NCBI GenBank assembly: GCA_964586025.1
Contig: CAZPGF010000004.1
Span: forward strand, 1 to 47,764
DNA: 47,764 nt
Origin: an uncultured Planctomycetales bacterium
GTDB lineage: Bacteria; Planctomycetota; PLA2; JAEUHO01
Reading direction: 5' to 3'
Positions within the stretch are counted from its first letter, which is position 1. Every line of letters begins with the position of its first letter. Positions 45,538 to 47,764 of the stretch are shown here, piece after piece. The notes under the pieces were generated by a model. It worked only from the letters and a program-made list of their open reading frames with translations, did not search any database and was not told where the DNA came from. The position numbers were made by a program, and so were the translations under genes.

Positions 45538-47040
45538 ATGGCCAAGCAACGGCTCTCCCTAAAAGAGCGGTTCGAGCAGATCGAGGCGCGTCTGCGCACC
45601 ACCGAGCGGAAACTCGAAGCCTCCGAGCGTCGCAGGTGCCACCTCGAAGCGAACCGCGCTAATCTCACCCGCGAGAACAAGCGCCTGATGCAACACGTCG
45701 AGATCCTCCAGGAGAAGGTGCGTGAACTCACGGCGCGGTTGAACCAGGATTCGTCGAACTCCTCGAAGCCGCCGTCCTCCGACGTGCCCTGGAGGCAACG
45801 CCGCAAGCAGAAGCCCACGGGTCGAAGGTCCGGCGGCCAGCCAGGTCGAGAGGGCAAGACCCGCAAGCCACTACCTCCCGAAGAGGTGGATCGCACGATC
45901 CCGGTCATGCCGGAGCGGTGCGCGGCGTGTCGCTCGACGCTTCGGCCCGAGGACGTGGCCGGGGAACCGTTTCGTCATCAGGTCATCGAGATTTCTCCCG
46001 TCGTTGCCGAGGTCGTGGAGTACGTCCTGCACGCGCTCAAGTGTAGCCGCTGCGGCACGATCACGACGGCCGACCTGCCCGACGGCGTGCCCACGGGCTG
46101 CGTCGGCCCCCGGCTCCAGGCGATCCTCGCCCTCTTCACCGGACGCTGCCACCTGTCGCGCCGCTAGGCCGGTGACCTGGCGGTGGCGCTCTTCGGCGAG
46201 AAGGCGGAGGTGTCGCTCGGTACGATCGCCAACCTGGAGCAGCGCACGAGCGAGGCCCTCAAGCCCGCCTACGACGAGGCGCTGTACGCCATCCAGAACG
46301 CCGAGATCGTCCACTGCGACGAGACCGGATGGCGTGAGAACAACAGGAAGGCGTGGCTCTGGGGCGCGGTCACGCCGATGCTCAAAGTGTTCCGCATCGA
46401 CCCACGGCGCAACCGGGAGGCGTTCCGCAAACTGCTCTTCACCTTCGTGGGCTACCTCATCACGGACAGGTTTTCCGTGTACCGCATTCACGATCTGAAG
46501 AAACGTCAACCCTGCTGGGCGCACCTGCTCCGGAACTTTCTGGGACTGGAGGAACGAGGAGGCAGGGCTCGAGGTCTCGGGGTCACGGGGCAGAGGATCG
46601 TGAAGGCCGTGTTCCGCGAATGGTATCGCTTCCGAGAAGGCGAGATCACGCGGCGGGTCCTTCGGCGCAGGTTGAAACCGGTCCGCAAGCGGCTCGAACG
46701 GCTGCTGCGTCTTCACGTCAGCAACCCCGTTCCCGCCGCCCGCAAGATCGCGAAGGACCTGCTGGAGTACGGCGAGGCGCTGTGGACGTTCGCCCGGGTC
46801 GAGGGCGTCGAGCCCACGAACAACGCAGCTGAGCGTGCGGTGCGGAAGGGCGTGCTCTGGCGCAAGGGATCGTTCGGCTCGCAGAGCGCTGCGGGCTCCC
46901 GCTTCGCCGAGCGGATGCTCGCGGTCAGCGAGAGCCTGCGAGCGCAGGGGCGGTCGATCCTGGAGTTCCTTGTTGCCGCGATTCACTCGAAGGCATCCGG
47001 CCACTACCCGCCGTCGCTGTTGCCTGCCGACTCTGCTTGA
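45538..47040 (+). pseudogene. tnpC: IS66 transposase TnpC with an in-frame TAG at 46165-46167
   Basis: Coiled coil, DSSNSSKPPSSD, Zn ribbon CAAC/CSRC, HCDETGW, ITDR, CWAHLLR, EPTNNAAERAVR; both track ORFs share one frame. Confidence 0.9.
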
Positions 47041-47055
47041 GAGCGAGAGCCCCAT

Positions 47056-47340
47056 CTAACAGCGCTGGCGGTTCCACGCCTCTCCAACCGTCGCTCGCGT
47101 AGCGCACCACCCCAGCGGCAGATCCGCTAGAGATCCGATCGACGAGTCCAGTTCGAGAATCGTCTGGAGTCCGACGACACGCGCATCAAGCTCTTGCCCA
47201 GGGGCGCCGTTCCGGCTGTGGAACTGCCAAGCGCCGTCGTCGGCATCGTGTGATACGTAGACAATCGGCAATCCGCGATCGACGATGTCTGCGCTCGTCA
47301 GCACGGCGACGTTCGGGGGATCGACGAAGGGCCAGTTCAC
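47056..47340 (-). CDS. Candidate immunity protein (Imm33/DUF2185-like)
   Basis: YVSHDADDGAWQF...LADLPLGWCA; GTG start overlaps the toxin stop (GTGA) with GGAG upstream. Confidence 0.65.
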   Translation of the reverse strand: MNWPFVDPPNVAVLTSADIVDRGLPIVYVSHDADDGAWQFHSRNGAPGQELDARVVGLQTILELDSSIGSLADLPLGWCATRATVGEAWNRQRC

Positions 47341-47699
47341 TTCGGCTCTCCAGATGGAGGAGTGGTAGGAGTAGAGTCCGGCGGAAGTTCGGGCATCTTA
47401 TCACCCTTGGCGAGGTTCCCAGCACGGGAACGCACTTCGGCGTTACTGAAGCTGTTCTCGCCGCCCTTGGACTTCGGAACGACGTGGTCAACGTGCGCCT
47501 CATTGTCAGGCGGCCGCCCACCCTTCTCATGCCTCTGCGGCCGGACGAGCGCCTCCCCAGTCCTGTCGTCGCGGATCACGCCGCCGTTGCGCGCTTCGTT
47601 CTCCGCGAGGATTCTCCGCTTCTGAGCTTGCGTGAAGTCCTTCTTCGGTCCGACGGACGGATGATCTTCGAGATGCGAGTACGGCCCCTCTGAACGCTT
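47337..47699 (-). pseudogene. Orphan polymorphic-toxin C-terminal HNH nuclease (Rhs-type tip), 5'-truncated
   Basis: Manual translation KRSEGPYSHLEDHPSVGPKKDFTQAQKRRILAENEARNGGVIRDD...HVDHVVPKSKGGENSFSNAEVRSRAGNLAKGDK; the frame closes upstream at TGA 47718-47720 with no ATG. Confidence 0.75.
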
Positions 47700-47709
47700 A
47701 CCAGGCGTT

Positions 47710-47726
47710 GTAACCGTTCAGGGGGT
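47710..47726 (+). repeat. IS66-type left end of a further unit running off the window
   Basis: GTAACCGTTCAGGGGGT, starting 8 bp after the right end at 47701. Confidence 0.75.
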
Positions 47727-47764
47727 AAAGGCCGCGCCGAGGCATGCCGACCTATCGTCATGTG

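Larger units (their letters stand above)
45488..47701 (+). mobile_element. IS66-family element (single-ORF type) with passenger toxin-tip/immunity genes
   Basis: Left end GTAACCGTTCAG (45488-45499); right end CTGAACGCTTAC (47690-47701), 11/12 inverted match; tnpC inside; looks less GC-rich than the flanks by eye. Confidence 0.8.

Noticed and set aside
47054-47060. ATCTAAC / GTTAGAT, resembling an integron attC core site, at the immunity gene stop
   Set aside because: No complementary partner box or attC-like hairpin at a suitable distance, and no integrase in the window.
45480-47709. Target-site duplication around the IS66 unit
   Set aside because: The 8-bp flanks gggagttg and caggcgtt are different.
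45468-47721. The 12-8-12 junctions as loxP/FRT-like recombinase sites
   Set aside because: The spacers and central dinucleotides differ, no recombinase gene is present, and the arms match IS66 ends next to an IS66 transposase.
1-47764. CRISPR arrays, tRNA or rRNA genes, PEP-CTERM sorting motifs
   Set aside because: None seen by eye; a tRNAscan/Infernal run would be needed to exclude small RNAs.

Overview
High-GC bacterial window, read by eye with the ORF track and no database searches. The gene style suggests Planctomycetota, but that is only an impression. From left to right it holds: a MATE transporter; a divergent Wzx/Wzy-type exopolysaccharide locus of the XrtA/PEP-CTERM-associated kind, with a perfect sigma-54 promoter and a large beta-helix lipoprotein; a Tyr/Pro-repeat lipoprotein, MauE/DoxX fusion and thioredoxin-like trio; an ALDH7-like gene with one in-frame TGA; a lemA, DUF2207, SH3-M48 peptidase, CHASE2 adenylate cyclase run; an S41 peptidase; a Ca/Na antiporter; an RND pump with hydrolases; an EEP/cardiolipin synthase pair; a divergent DAC (DisA_N)-like protein; and small redox/Fe-S genes. 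The most unusual structure is at the right end. IS66-type ends are stacked head-to-tail, each pair separated by exactly 8 bp (45468-45499 and 47690-47721). The unit between them carries an IS66 transposase with one in-frame TAG, plus an orphan HNH polymorphic-toxin tip and its candidate immunity gene. Related end-like sequence recurs at 31870-31919 and 16399-16411. No rRNA, tRNA or CRISPR array was seen. Most long Arg/Ala/Gly-rich ORFs in the track are GC-driven shadow frames.
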